NCBI RefSeq assembly: GCF_009914755.1 | Contig: NC_060928.1 | From: the human T2T-CHM13v2.0 reference genome, Homo sapiens | Strand: one strand, 5' to 3' | DNA length: 64,000 bases | Made by a program: the position numbers and the translations under genes | Part shown: positions 51,221 to 64,000 of the stretch, piece by piece | Layout: the number at the start of each line of letters is the position of its first letter | Position numbering within the stretch: the first letter of the stretch is position 1 | Notes under the pieces: generated by a model | Told to the model about the DNA's origin: nothing | The model's input: only the letters and a program-made list of their open reading frames with translations | Database searches by the model: none

Positions 51221-52499
51221 TTGTTACTTTTTCTAAGCTGCCATTTTGATTAGATTTATGGAGAAAAGTGGATGGTGCAAGCCAACGTTAAGTCATATAG
51301 CACAAAACAATGACGAAAATACCCCCTTGAGACATCTAGCTACATTATAATGTCCCTTTCTCCTCTTCAGTGTCTTTGATTCTGTCCTTTTCTTTTGAAT
51401 GCCAAGGTCTTATTGGACCAGGGCTCTATGTGATTATTTTCTCTCATATAGATGGTTCCATTAGGAAGTGCCTTCCATTAAAAGCCTCTTAACTGACATT
51501 ACATAGTAATGATTCTAGGACTGTGATGTTGTTTAGATTGTTCCTCAAATTAAAAGGGCACAGAAAATAACTTGCTAGTGAGTAACAACCATAAAATAAT
51601 AGCGATTCGCAGTATTCAATGGATAGTTTGAAATTGCACATCTAATTCCCTCAATTGTCTCTATGAAAATTGTGTTTTCAGAGTCATAAAATAGCATGGT
51701 AGTGTTGTATGCAATCTTGATAAATTAAACACTACCTATATCTTTTTTTTGACAAGAGAATTTTCTTTGCTTTCACATTAATCACAAACTTACTTCTAAA
51801 TGACAACACATGCAAATCTCTAGATTTCTTGGAATAATTATTTTGGAAATCTTATTGGTCACAGATTATCTCTGTTCTTGATGACGGGATAGCTTTGAAA
51901 GAATGTAAGCCAATGGCTCTTTATTCTAGCTAACAGCTTTACTGTAAAATTTCAGCCCGCATATACACAGATCATATAAAATTTTGACTTTGTTAACAGT
52001 CTTTCAGCGTCTTTGTTTTTATTCAGCCAATTTGAATTTCAGGGAGAATTCAGCTGAATAAAACATCTTATGTAAATTTTGTTTGATCTTGCTTACATTT
52101 TTACTCTTAATGAGGCACAGATTCTTAAATCAGCCAACTTGAACCAATACAGCAGAAAGGCGATGCACCCTAACACAGCCAGCTTTTCCTGTTCTAGGGG
52201 ATTATGTTCTTAAGTAGCCCACTTTATTGTTTGTTGAACAAACATATCTTCCTTAGTTTTGCAGCTTTGGAAAATGGTTCTGATTTCCTGACAGCCTTGG
52301 TTGTCTAGAGCAGGACTGGGACTGAAGACCAAGTAACTCCTGCCCTTCCCCTTGTATGCAACATTCTCTGTTCCTTCCTTCTGCTGCCCCATTTCCCAGT
52401 GCTTTCCTGTCCCTGTTTCTGATTTTTGCCTGTACACCGTGAATAGACTTCCCACTACATTTTTTATTTTACTCTCCACCTGTAAAAGCTACAATTCTC

Positions 52500-52810
52500 A
52501 TGTCTACCATGGGAAAATAGGGCACATTCTTCAAAGTTCAACTCAAAAGCCGTTTTCTACTTGAACTCTTTGCCAAACATTAAGCTGGATGTCACTTTCT
52601 TCCTTCAAACTTCTCTAGCATTATTGTGGGTACTGTTTCTGTTGCCTCCATTCTCTCTCCCTTATTGTTGGGATAACTTGTGCACATCTTATTTTCGTTT
52701 CAAGTCTGTGAGCTCCTGGAAGGTGGAGACTGTGTCATTGTGTATTGTAGAGAGCACAGTTCAGCACCTGGACCAATTAGGAGACTGATTATTTTTAATT
52801 GAGTGCATGA
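52500..52810 (+). mobile_element. L2 3' fragment
   Basis: ctgtgagctcctggaaggtggagactgtgtc...agcacagttcagcacc. Confidence 0.6.
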
Positions 52811-55800
52811 GTATAGTATCTTAGGGAATATGCACTCACATTAGCAAAATACATTTTCTCTGTTTGCATCTCTTTCATTTCAGATTCCATAGGTAATCTG
52901 GAATGGAGGCATGGAGGTGGAAGTTCTGGACTCTTCTTCTCAATGTCTAGCTAACCTGGTCAGAGGCTTGCCAGAAGGGGCCCCGATAAAAGGAAGCTAC
53001 ACCCAAGATATGAGACAAGAATATGGGACAGTTAGCTTTGATCTCTGAATGTGTTGTGTATTGGTTTCAGTGCCCATCTCATAGAAATAAAATACTGCTT
53101 TATTCTGCATTTAATTCTTTGTATTGGAAAAGTCTTTATGTAAGAACATAACAGAAAATATACAGCCCTTTTTAAATGAAAATTTTATTGCATTAGAAGG
53201 AAATTATCATTAGATTTCACAGAAGAATAAAAATCTTTATTAGTCAAATGTCCCAAAGCAAAATTTTCTTACAATTTCATTAGATATAACTTCTTAAATT
53301 CTAAACTATAATTTGACTCACCAAATGCAATGTATTCATGTAGCTACCAAAGTTTAAGACATTCAGAAGGATAATAATAATAAAAACTAGTAAATATCTA
53401 AGCAATTTATCCAAAGCAATATGTAATAAATGCAAAAACTACTGCTGTCAAAAATGTATTTGTAAGCGTAAATCCAGGAGGAAATGTGCTAGGAAAGTTG
53501 CAATGTCTACGATACCTGCCATTTCCATGCTAAAACTTGCACACCGTTGGGTATGGGGTGCTTAACGATGTTGCATAGGAATTCTCACAGCGTCCTGTGC
53601 TGAACTCTGAGGAGAGTCTTTTCAGTAACCCTCGAGGGTGTTTCTCATGCCCAATTTATTCATGTAAAGGATAAAAAGCATTATTGCTAGAAGAGAACTT
53701 CAGGTTTAGGCAAACGACAAGCCAACCTCTGGATAATAAAGCAGGCAGGCAGAATGTGGCAGTGCATATTTTAGGCAGTCAATTTCAGTAGAAATTCATT
53801 AAGTAGAATGCTCCTAAGGGGACTTAGAGCAAGTATGTTACAGAGACAATAATGAAGGGCCCGGGTAAAAGGAAGCAACACCCCAAACAACACCAAAACA
53901 AGACAAGAAAACCTGGGGCATGCTTAGGGGAAACTTGGACGACATGTGAAGAATAAGACGAGACCAGAATGGAGACAAGCCCAAGAGCTAGAACTAAGGG
54001 TTTTCCTTGACATTTTTGGAGGAGAAAACAGAAGGGTGAGACTCTGAATTTGCATCCTTTGTAGATGTTCATGTAGATTTATACCTAAGGTAACTGTACC
54101 ATAAATTGTGTATGGTTCTTTGTGCAGGGTATGGATTTACACTTTTCTGGAAATCTTTAGGTCATATCCACAAAGACTCAGTATAAAGAACCATTGTTTC
54201 TGATGGAATTAGCTGGCAATTTGAATCAAGATTTTTGTGTGAGCAGAACCAGAGGTAGCAGTTTCACAAATCCAATTAATTCACAATTAAAACTTACAAT
54301 GGAAATGCAAAATTTTTATTACATTTGTAACTAATTGGCTTTCTTCCAAAATCCTTATTTACTAATAGCAGGAAAAAAAATTAAATTTTCTGTATAGTTT
54401 AAAATGTTATTGATCTAATAATTTAAATTTTCAATTCATAAAATAATCTGCCCAGTTGTTCAGCAGCTTCCCTCTCTCCCTGCTTTTTTTCCTCAGACAT
54501 GTATGGAGAAGACGTATGACTTATGTGGTCTTGGGTAGTGGAGAAGACTCAGAGTCCTCAAACTAAATGTACCTTGGTGACTTGATATTGCTTGCCTGCT
54601 GTCATATACAACCGAAGTTTGTGGCCAATGTAATGTTACTTTGGTTAGGGTTAGGGTATATACAATATATTGTTAATTACAGTCAACCTACTCTGCTATC
54701 AAACATTAGAATTTATTCTAACTGTATGTTTGCACAACCTCTCTCCATCCTCCTCCCCACCCCCAATGCCGCCAAACACACCCTTCCCAGCCTCTGATAC
54801 CCATCATTTTACTATCTAACTCCATAAGATCAAAGTTTTTAATTCCTAAATATGAGTGAGAACATACAATCTTTATCTTTCTGTGCCTGGCTTATTTCAC
54901 TTAAGACAATGACCTCTGGCTCCATCCGTGTTGCTGCAAATAACATGATTTCATTCTTTATTTTGGCTGAATAGTATTTCATTGTGTATATATACCATAA
55001 TTTTCTATCCATTCATCCATTGATGGATACTTAGGTTGATTCCATGTCTTTACTTTTGTGAACAGTGCTGCTGCAATAAACATCGGTTCAGGTATCCCTT
55101 TGAAAATCTGATTTTCTTTCCTTTGGATAAATACCCAGTAATGGGATTGCTGAATCATACAGTACTTTATTTTTATTTTTTTGAGAACTCTCCATACTGC
55201 TTTTCATAGAGGCTATGCTAATTTACATTTCCACTAACAGTGTATGGGAGTTCCTTTTTATCCACATTCTGGCCAGCATCCATTATTTTATATCTTTTTA
55301 ATAATAACCATCCTCACTGGAGTAAGATGACATCTTATTGTGGTTTTGATTTGCATTTCCCTGATGATTAATGATGTTGAGCATTTTTTTAAATATACCT
55401 GTTGGCCATTTATATGTCTTCTTTTTAGAAATGTCTATTCGTGTCCTTTGCCCACTTTTTCATGTGATTATTTGCTTTTTTACTGTTGAGTTGTTTGAGT
55501 TTGTCATATATTCTGAATATTAGTCCTTTGCCAAATGATTAGTTTTCAAATACTTTCTCTCCTTCAACAAGTTGTCTTTTCACTCTGTTGATTTTTTATC
55601 TGTTTTTATCTATTTATCTATTTTTGTTTTTGTTGCCTGTGCTTTTGAGGTCTTAGGCATAAAATCTTTGCTTAGACCAATGTCCTAAAGTGTTTCCTCT
55701 GTTTTTTTTTCTAGTAGTTTTATAGTTTCAGGTTCCATGTTTAGATCTTTAATCCATCTTGAGTTGATTTTTGTATATGGTGAGAGATAGGGATCCAGTT

Positions 55801-58177
55801 TCATTCTTCTACATAGGGATATCTAGTTTTCTCATCACCATTTATCAAAGAGGGTGTCTTTTCCCCACTGCACATTCCTGGTTGAAAACTGGTTGGCTAT
55901 AAATCTGTCGGTTTGTTTTTGGGTTCTTCATTCTTTCCCTTTGATCTATGTGTCTATTTTTATACCAATACCATGCTGTTTCAGTTACTAGTGCCTTGTA
56001 GTATATTTTGAAGTCACATAGTGTGACGCTTCCTGCTTTGTTCTTTTTGCTCAAGATTGCTTTGGCTCTTCAGGCCCTTTTTGGTTAGAATTGTTTTTTC
56101 TACTTCTGTGAAAAATGACATTGATATTTTGATAGACATTGCATTGAATTTGTAGATTGCTTTAAGTACTAAGGTCGTTTTAACGATACTAATTCTTCTG
56201 ATCCATGAGCATGAGATGTCTTTCCATTTGTTTGTGGCCTCTTCAATTTCTTCCATAAATGTTTTGTAATTTTCTTTACAAAGGTCTTTCATCTCTTTGG
56301 TTAAACTTATTTGTAGGTATTTTGGTTTAGGGGTGTGTGTGTGTGTGTTTGTGCATGCACGTGTGTGCAAGTGTGCGTGTAGTTATTGTAAATGGAATTG
56401 CCTTCTTGATTTCTTTCTCAGCTAATTCATTATGGGCATATAAAAATGCTCCTGATTTTTGTATGTTGATTTTGTATACTGCAACTTTACTGAATTTATT
56501 TATTAGATCTAAGAGGGTTTTATTGGTGGAGTCTATAGGTTTTTCCAGATATAGGATCATATCATCTCAAAGAGAGACAATTAACTTCTTCTTTTTCAAT
56601 TTGGAGACCTTTTATTTCTTTCACATGTCTGTTTGCTCTGGCTAGGATTTCCAGTACTATGTTGAATAGGAGTGGTAAAAGTGGACATTCTGGTTTTGTT
56701 CCAGTTCTTACAGAAAAGGCTTTCAGCTTTTCCCCAGTCCGTATGATGTTAGCATTGGGTTTGTCATATATGGCTCATATTATGTTGAGGTATGTTCCTT
56801 CTATGCCTATCTTATTGAGAGTTTTACACGTAAAGGGATATTAAATCTTATTAAATGCTTTTTCTGTGTCTATTGAAGATGATCATATGGTTTTTATCTT
56901 TCATTCTGTTAATATGATGTATCATATTTATTGATTTACTTATGTTCAACCATCCTTGCATCCCTGGGATAAATCCAAGTTATTCATCATATTATATAGT
57001 GATATTGGATTCCGTTAGTAGTATTTTGTTGAGGATTTTGGCATCTATGTTCATCAATGATATTGTCCTGTAGTTTTCTTTTTTTTCTTGTCCCCTTGCC
57101 TGGTTTTGGTATCAGGGTAAAGCTGGCCTCATAGATTGAGGTAGGAAGAATTTCCTCCTTTTCAATTTTTTTTTGGAATAGATTGAAGAGAATTGGTGTT
57201 AGTTCTTTTTTGTAAGACTGGAATAATTCAGCAGTAAAGCCATCTGGTCCTGGGCTTTTCTTTGTTGGAAGACTTTTTATTACTGATTCAATCTCATTAC
57301 TCATTATAAGTCTGTTAAAGTTTTCTATTTCTTTTTGATCCAATCTTGGTAGGTTGTGTGTGTCCAGGAATTCATTCATTTTTTTTTTTAGGTCTTCCAG
57401 TTTGTTAGTATATATTTGTTCATAATCATCTCATAATTATTTTTGTAGTATCAGTTTTAATGGCTACTTTTTTGTTTACTTAGGTCTTCTCTCTCTTTTT
57501 TTTAGTTATTCCAGACAGTGGTTTATTGATTTTGTTCATTTTTCCGAAAAAAAACCCAACTTTTTGTTTCATTGATATTTTGTATATTTTTAGTCTCTAT
57601 TTTATTTAGTTCTGCTCTGATCTTTTAATTTTTTTCTTCTACTAATTTTGGATTTGTTTTGCTCTTGCTTTTCTAGTTCCTTGAGGTACATCAGGTTATT
57701 GATTTGAAGTCTTTCTACCTCTTTGATGTAGGCATTTACTGCTATAACTTCTCTCTTAGCACTGTTTTTGTTGTATTTCATAGATTTTGGTATGTTATGT
57801 TTTAATTTTCATTTGTTTCAAAAAATTTTTTTATTTCCTCTTTAACTTTTTTCTTACCCAATGGTCATTTATAAGGATGTTTTTAAAATTGCTGCAGTTT
57901 CCAAAGTTATTGACTATTATTGATTTCTAGTTTTATTTCATTTTGATCAGAGAAGATGTTTGATATAATTTCTATTTTGAAAAACTTGTTAGACTTGTTT
58001 TGTGTCTTAAAATATGGTCTATCTTGGAGAATGTTCCATGTGCTGATGAGAAGAATGTGTATTCTGCAGATGGTGGATGAAAATTCTGTAAATGTTCTGT
58101 AGTCTGTTAGATTCATTTGATCTAAAGTCTAGTTTAATCCAACATTTCTTTGTTAATTTTATGTCTAGATGATCTGT

Positions 58178-58554
58178 TGTATTAGTCTGTTTTCATACTG
58201 CTATAAATAACTGCCCGAGACTGGGTAATTTATAAAGGAAAGCAATTTAATGGACTCACAGTTCAGCATGGCTGCGGAGCCTTCAGGAAACTTACAATCA
58301 TGGTGGAAGGTGAAGGAGAAGCAAGACATCTTCTTCACAGGGCAGCAGGGAGAAGAGTTGCTGAGCAAAGGAAGAAGAGTCCCTTATAAAACCATCAGAT
58401 CTCATGAGAACTCACTCACTGGCATGAGAACAGCATGGGGGAAACAACCCCTATGATTCAGTTACCTCTACTGGTCTCTTCCTTGACACCTGGGGATTAT
58501 AGGGATTACAATTCAACATGAGATTTGGGTGGGACACAAAGCCCAACCATATCA
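58178..58554 (-). mobile_element. THE1 (MaLR) solo LTR nested in the L1
   Basis: tgtattagtctgttttcatactgcta...gcccaaccatatca; TSD tctgt/tctat. Confidence 0.92.
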
Positions 58555-60803
58555 TCTATCCAATGGTAAAAGAGAGGCATTGAAGTCCCCAACTATAATT
58601 TGTTGGAGTTTGTCTCTCCCTTTAGTTTTAATAATATTTGCTTTGTATAACTGGATGCTCCAGTGTTGGATACATATAAGTACAGAATTATTACATCATC
58701 TTGTTGAAATGATCCCTTTATAATTACATAATGACCTTCTTTGTCTTTTTTTACTGTTTTTGACTTAAAGTATTTTTATCTTATATAAGTGCAGCTACTT
58801 CTGCTCTCTTTTTATTTCCAATTGCATTGGAAAAAGAATATCCTTTTCCATCCCTTTACTTTTATGTGTTTTTACAGATGATATTAATTTCTTATAGGCA
58901 GCATATAGTTGGATTATGTTTTTCAATCATTCAGTCAATCTATATATTTTAAGTGGAAAGTCTAATCTGTTTACATATTAGGTTATTATTGATATGTGAG
59001 TGATTACTTCTGTCATTTTATTAATTGATTTCTGGTTATTTTATATATCCTTTGTTCCTTTCTTTCTCTCTTACTGTTTATCATTGTGGTTTGGCAGTTT
59101 TCTCTAGTGGTAACATTTGAGTACTTTCTCTTCTTTATTTTGTGTTTGCTCTACCAGTGGATTTTATACTTCTGTGTTTTTATTATAGTTGATATTGTTC
59201 TTTTTCTTCTAGGCATAGGACTCCCTTCAGCATTTCTTGTAGTGATACAAGTGACCTAGTGATAAATTCCCTCAGATTTTTCTTGTCTGAAAAATACTTT
59301 AGTTCTCTTTCATTGACAAAGGATAACTTTGTTGGGTATAATATCCTTGAGTGGCAGTTTTTCTTTCTTTCAGCAATTCGAATATATTATCCTATTCTTT
59401 CCTGGCCTGTAAAATTTTTGCTGAGAAATACTGTTAATCTGATGGGATTCCCTTATTAGTAACTGGTTGCTTTTTTCTTTTCTGTTTTTTTTTGTTTGTT
59501 TTTTTTGTTTTTTTTTTGTTTTTTGCTGTTTTTGGAATTCTTTTACTTTTGACAGTTATAATGTCCCATGGAAGAGACCTTTTTGAATTTTACCCATTTG
59601 AGAATTTCTGAGCTTTATTTACCTAAATATCTAAATTTCTTGCTAGACTTGGGAAGTTTTCAGCTATTATTTCATTAAATAGGTTTTCTATTCCTTTGGT
59701 TTTCTCTTTGACTTATGGGGCAATAAAAACTCAAAAATTTTGTCACTTCATGGTATCCCAGATGTCACAGAGGGTTTGTTCATTCTTTTTTGTTTCCGTC
59801 TGACTAGGTTATTTCAAAAGCCCTGTCTTCAAGTTTTGAATTTTTTTTCTTCTGCTCCATTTACTTTATTGTTGAAGCTTTTGAATGTATTTTTTTATTT
59901 CTTTCAATAAATTCTTCAGTTCCAGGACTTCCATTTGTTTCTTTTTTCTGACATTTATCCCTTTAGTATATTTCTTAATTGTATCTTGAAATGTTTTTCT
60001 AATTTCTTTGTATTATTTATTTTGTTTTATATCTCACTAAACTTCTTTAGTATCATTATTTTGAATTCTTTACCCGGGATTTCATACGTTTCTTTTTCAT
60101 TATAATCCATTGCTGGAGAATTACTGTGTTTCAATGGAAGTGCCATATTTCCTTGCTTTTTCACATTTCCTGTGTCCTTACATTGATATCTGCATATCTG
60201 GGGTAGCAGTTACTTCTTCTAATGTTTTGGGTTTGCTTTCATAGAGGAAGATTTTTTCCTGAAGATGTATCTATGGTGTTGATTAGATAGAGCATTTGGT
60301 ATTGTTTCTATGTGTATGAAGTAGTAGAGTCTCCATATAATTTATTTGGTTGTAAACACCGACAGTGGTGTGTGTAATCTCCTCAGTGGTATAGGCTGTG
60401 GTTGTTAGTGGAATCTGTGGTTAAGTATTGCCAGTAACGGGAATGCTAATTGGGCCTGTCCTCAGGCCCCACTAGTGGTAATAGTGGGCCAAGCGTGCTG
60501 TCCTTGGAACCCAGGGTGGTATATGCTGACACTCGTGTTAGCAGGTTCAGGGAGGCTGATTCTTGGGCCACTTACATGGCTTGTTTGGGTGCTTTCAGTG
60601 GCAGAAGTGGGTTTGATGGGTGGGCATGTCCTCAGGCTTCTGGGCAGCAGATGTGGTATGGGCAATGGCAGTAGCAGTGGTGGGACAATCCTCTGGCTCC
60701 TGAGTGGTCTGCACCAGTGTGAGTGGTGGCTTCACTGAGCTGGTTATGCCAGTTGATAGGCCCACAAGAGCTGTGTGCAGATAGATGCCAGCTGTGGTGA
60801 TAG

Positions 60804-61506
60804 TGATAGTGGCAGGAGACAGACAAATTCCTAGGCATACAGGGGCAGGTCCCCGGTAAAACCCAACCTTCAAACCAAAGAAAATTTAAAGCCGAGAAAC
60901 CGAGCTGCCAGTTCCAGATAGAGTCTACAAACAGGGTGAGAACTTCTGTTCCTGTTTGCCCACTCTTTCCTGATTGGCTCTTTCTGAATAATGCTTTTTA
61001 ACCAATTGAATGTTACCTTTTCCAAGGATACCTGTAGCCATGCCTCCTCATTCCAAACCTGTTAAAACCTGGACTCAGACATACAGCTGAGCCTGCTTTC
61101 AGGCCCCGTCTCACATAGGCCTACCCACTTCAGGTTCCCTCTTGTCAAGAGCTTTTCTGTTGCTCAATAAAATTCTTCTTTGCCTTGCTCACTCTCCGGC
61201 GACTGCATACCTCATTCTTCTTGGTCATGGGACAAAACCCCAAACCCACCAAACAGCAGGAAAAGTAAAAGAACTGTAACACATTTCTCGTTGGTTTGGT
61301 GAGCTGTGGGCGGCATGAGTGAAAAAGTGCTGTGACATGCTTCTGTTGGCTGGACTAGAGGAGTGAAGAGCTGCAACCCTTTTAGGGCACAGCCTGCCAG
61401 ACTGAGTGGGTGGAGTGAGCCCAGTGGGCTCAGCTGAAGCCTGGGCAGAGGCACTCCTGGCTGTGCTTTGCAGCTCACAAGGTAGCACTGAAAGAATCCT
61501 GTGTCA
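60804..61506 (+). mobile_element. ERV1 solo LTR (LTR27/LTR28/MER61 group) nested in the L1 5' region
   Basis: tgatagtggcaggagacagacaaattcctagg...caataaaattc...gaatcctgtgtca; near-matching TSD atag/agag. Confidence 0.7.
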
Positions 61507-64000
61507 AGAGTGGCTGGTTGGGTGAATCTGACTTCAGGATCTTGGGAGGAGTGCTTAGGTGCCAATGGTGGTGAATGAAACTGGGTGATCTTTTTGCCCC
61601 CAATGTGGTGTGTTTAAGCACTGGGAGGAGAGTCTGGATAACTGTGTTGGTCCTCAGGCCCTCTGGCGGTGCATTCAGGCACTGGCTGTGGTAGGCAGGG
61701 GTGGGATGATCCCCAGGTCCCTGGAAGAATACCTGGGTGGGGAGAGCATTGGCTGTGCTGTGCCCTGCTGCTGGGGAAGTTAGGTTTCTTTTCTGTAACA
61801 ACAGCTTTAGGCAGGTGGCTGGGGGGCATGTGCTATAGCCCCATGTAGTGGCTGTGAGCCATGTAGCCTTTCCTCAGGGTGCTTGTAAATGCACCATGGC
61901 TCCACTGCTGGGGATGGCTTGTTACAGTCAGTAGCTTGGGCTTTGGCTCAAGCAGCTACAGCCAGCAGCTGTGGTGGCTGCAGAAAGGGGAGTCTGTCAT
62001 TAGGGCATGTGACAATGTACTGTCACTCAGTTGCTGGTGGAAGCATGATTGCTGTCAATAGCTTATACTTCTGGGGGCAGCAGCCAGCAGCAGCTAAGAC
62101 TGTGGGTATGTGATGTCAATAGGGTTTCAGGGCTGTATAGATGCAGAGGCTGCTGGGGCCCAGGGCAGGAGGCAGTCTGATGGAGAATGGGTCCTCAGAT
62201 TAGCACTATACTGCAGGTGTTTAGGACTCAGGGGGTATGTGACACCCAGTGTGATCTCCCTTTCTGGAGCAATATTGTGCAGTTTCCAGGCAGCTCCCTA
62301 TGTAAGTCTCAGGGCCGTGAAGGTTGAGGTGCTCTCTTATGGCTAGGATTCCATTTCTACTATGGAATCCTAGGCATAAGAGAGGATTCCATTCTGGGGA
62401 TCTCTCACTTGCCCTTTTCCTGCACTGGGGAGCCTATTCAGGATCCCAGCCAATCCTGGCTGAGTAGACTGCCTAGCTTCCCTCTCCTTGTTTTAGGTGT
62501 TTCCTCTCACTTCTCTGTTGGAATCCTAGATAATCTATTCAAAGTGTGATTATCTCAGTGTGTGCTATTTTAGTTCTTTTTATGGAGGAGACAAGTACCA
62601 GATGCCTCTAAGTCAGCCCTCTTTAAGTCTCTCTGCTTCCCCTATATCTTATTTTCTCTTTTAATTCTAGCGAAGGCTTAATGGAAGACTTAATATTTAA
62701 TGGTTATGTTCTATATATTTTTTTAAAAAAGTGGGGACTGACTCCTCTTGGCTTAATAACTGATTTTTCAAAGAAAGTAAGAATTCCATTACTTAGAAAA
62801 TCATGCCTTAAGACAATAGCATGCGTCTTGCAGCTTAATCCTAGTCTGAAAATTACAAGTTGCCCTTTCTCTTTGCATTTTGAATCAGTAGTCACACCTT
62901 TCTCCTACCCAACCACAACAAAATGCTTTAAGCTATGTACTTAGAAGGGTACAGTAGAAAGCCCACCAACTTAAAAAATATTACTTTTATTACACAGCAT
63001 TACATCTCCCTCCCCAAGTCCCACATATTACTTCCATAAATTTATTTCAGTTTGAGTGCACCCCAGATTACAACAATAGCACTGAGGTACCAACAAGGTT
63101 GATTGGATAGTTCCTAGAGACAGATAGGCATTTCCAGTTAAGAGTACATGTTTTAGCAAAAATCATGTGGCTTAACATTCTTTACCAAAAGACAAAATAA
63201 CAAAAAAACTGTGTGTATGTGCACATGTGTGTGCATGTGTACATACACATATATCCTCATATATTTAATTTTTAAATATATTTATTTAAAGTGTTTTTAA
63301 ATTTGTTTTTCATTTTATTGATAAAAAAGAATGTGGATACTGTATTACATTTTAGCTTTGAGAGTTATGTAAGAAATTATCTAGAAGGAATTTCATGATG
63401 CCACAAATTTAACATAACTTATGTTGTTAAAACATTGTAAATTATTTTCCTGTGACATGAGTGGAATATCATCTTACTTCTCCGGTGTCTTTCGCTAATT
63501 GAATGCTTGCTTGTCATTTAATTCTAATGAAACCATAGGGGAATAATCACAGGACATTGACTAATATGGAAGATCATTGAATTTTTTTGAGCAAAATAGA
63601 AGTTTAGCTTTTCCTTCTGGATGCAGCTAAGAACATAATATGAATTTCTTTATTCTTAAGCAAATATTCTGAAAAATGAAATAAATAATAGGTTTTTAAG
63701 CAGTTTGTGATTTCAGATAGTTGAGAAACAAACAAGGCTATAGTTGAAAAGCTGAGGTTATTCTCTTTTAACATTGGCCTCCTGAATTTAGGGTTTTAAT
63801 TTTAAGTTGTAGGCAGCAATGTAATTATTTACATATGTATGTTTTATTATGTGTCCTATAATCATATTCCTAATATAATGTTTTCAATCTTTTGATATCA
63901 GGTGTACTGTTCTGTGAAAAGTTGTCTCTTAGTTATTAAACTTCTAAGAAGTTTTTGGATTTGAAACCATATGTCCGGTGGTATTTACCCAAAGCTCAAT

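Larger units (their letters stand above)
54657..62640 (-). mobile_element. Near full-length decayed L1 (L1MA/L1M2-like) with 5'UTR, ORF1 and ORF2 remnants; extreme 3' end missing
   Basis: ORF2 fragments: [12 protein letters not shown] (56987-57379), MILYLEKP...LINKFSKVAVYKINIQKS (56327-56560), [11 protein letters not shown] (56014-56370), [21 protein letters not shown] (55845-56054); GC-richer 5' region at ~60.3-62.6 kb. Confidence 0.93.

Noticed and set aside
52971-52984. CTCF-like motif CCAGAAGGGGCCCC
   Set aside because: Three mismatches to the core consensus; not supportable from sequence alone
55845-58116. L1 ORF2 as an active reverse transcriptase
   Set aside because: Many frameshifts and stops; LTR insertions; old subfamily

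Overview
This is mammalian, almost certainly human, genomic DNA (Alu, L1, MIR, THE1 and LTR12 repeats; no prokaryotic features). It contains one protein-coding gene, DDIT4L (REDD2/RTP801L), on the minus strand. The gene has a CpG-island/TATA promoter near 28.1 kb, a non-coding exon 1, a spliced 193-aa CDS (27616-27526 joined to 25800-25310) and a ~1.8 kb 3'UTR ending near 23500. The rest is mostly transposon-derived: a full-length Tigger1 carrying two Alus, a four-level nest (MIR < L1 < MER1 < LTR12), a ~8 kb old L1, many solo LTRs, an Alu-split Y3 RNA retropseudogene and a palindromic 24-bp minisatellite. I found no clear new multi-gene system. The best leads are: (i) an open last-intron read-through frame giving an 84-aa alternative DDIT4L product; (ii) an upstream AUG next to the TSS whose frame depends on two splice acceptors 7 nt apart; (iii) a sense-oriented LTR12 with a mutated poly(A) signal 5 kb upstream; (iv) a decayed Ty3/Gypsy gag-like frame at ~17.0-17.4 kb; and (v) several locally templated insertions. 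Repeat subfamily names come from remembered consensus sequences and need RepeatMasker/Dfam confirmation.
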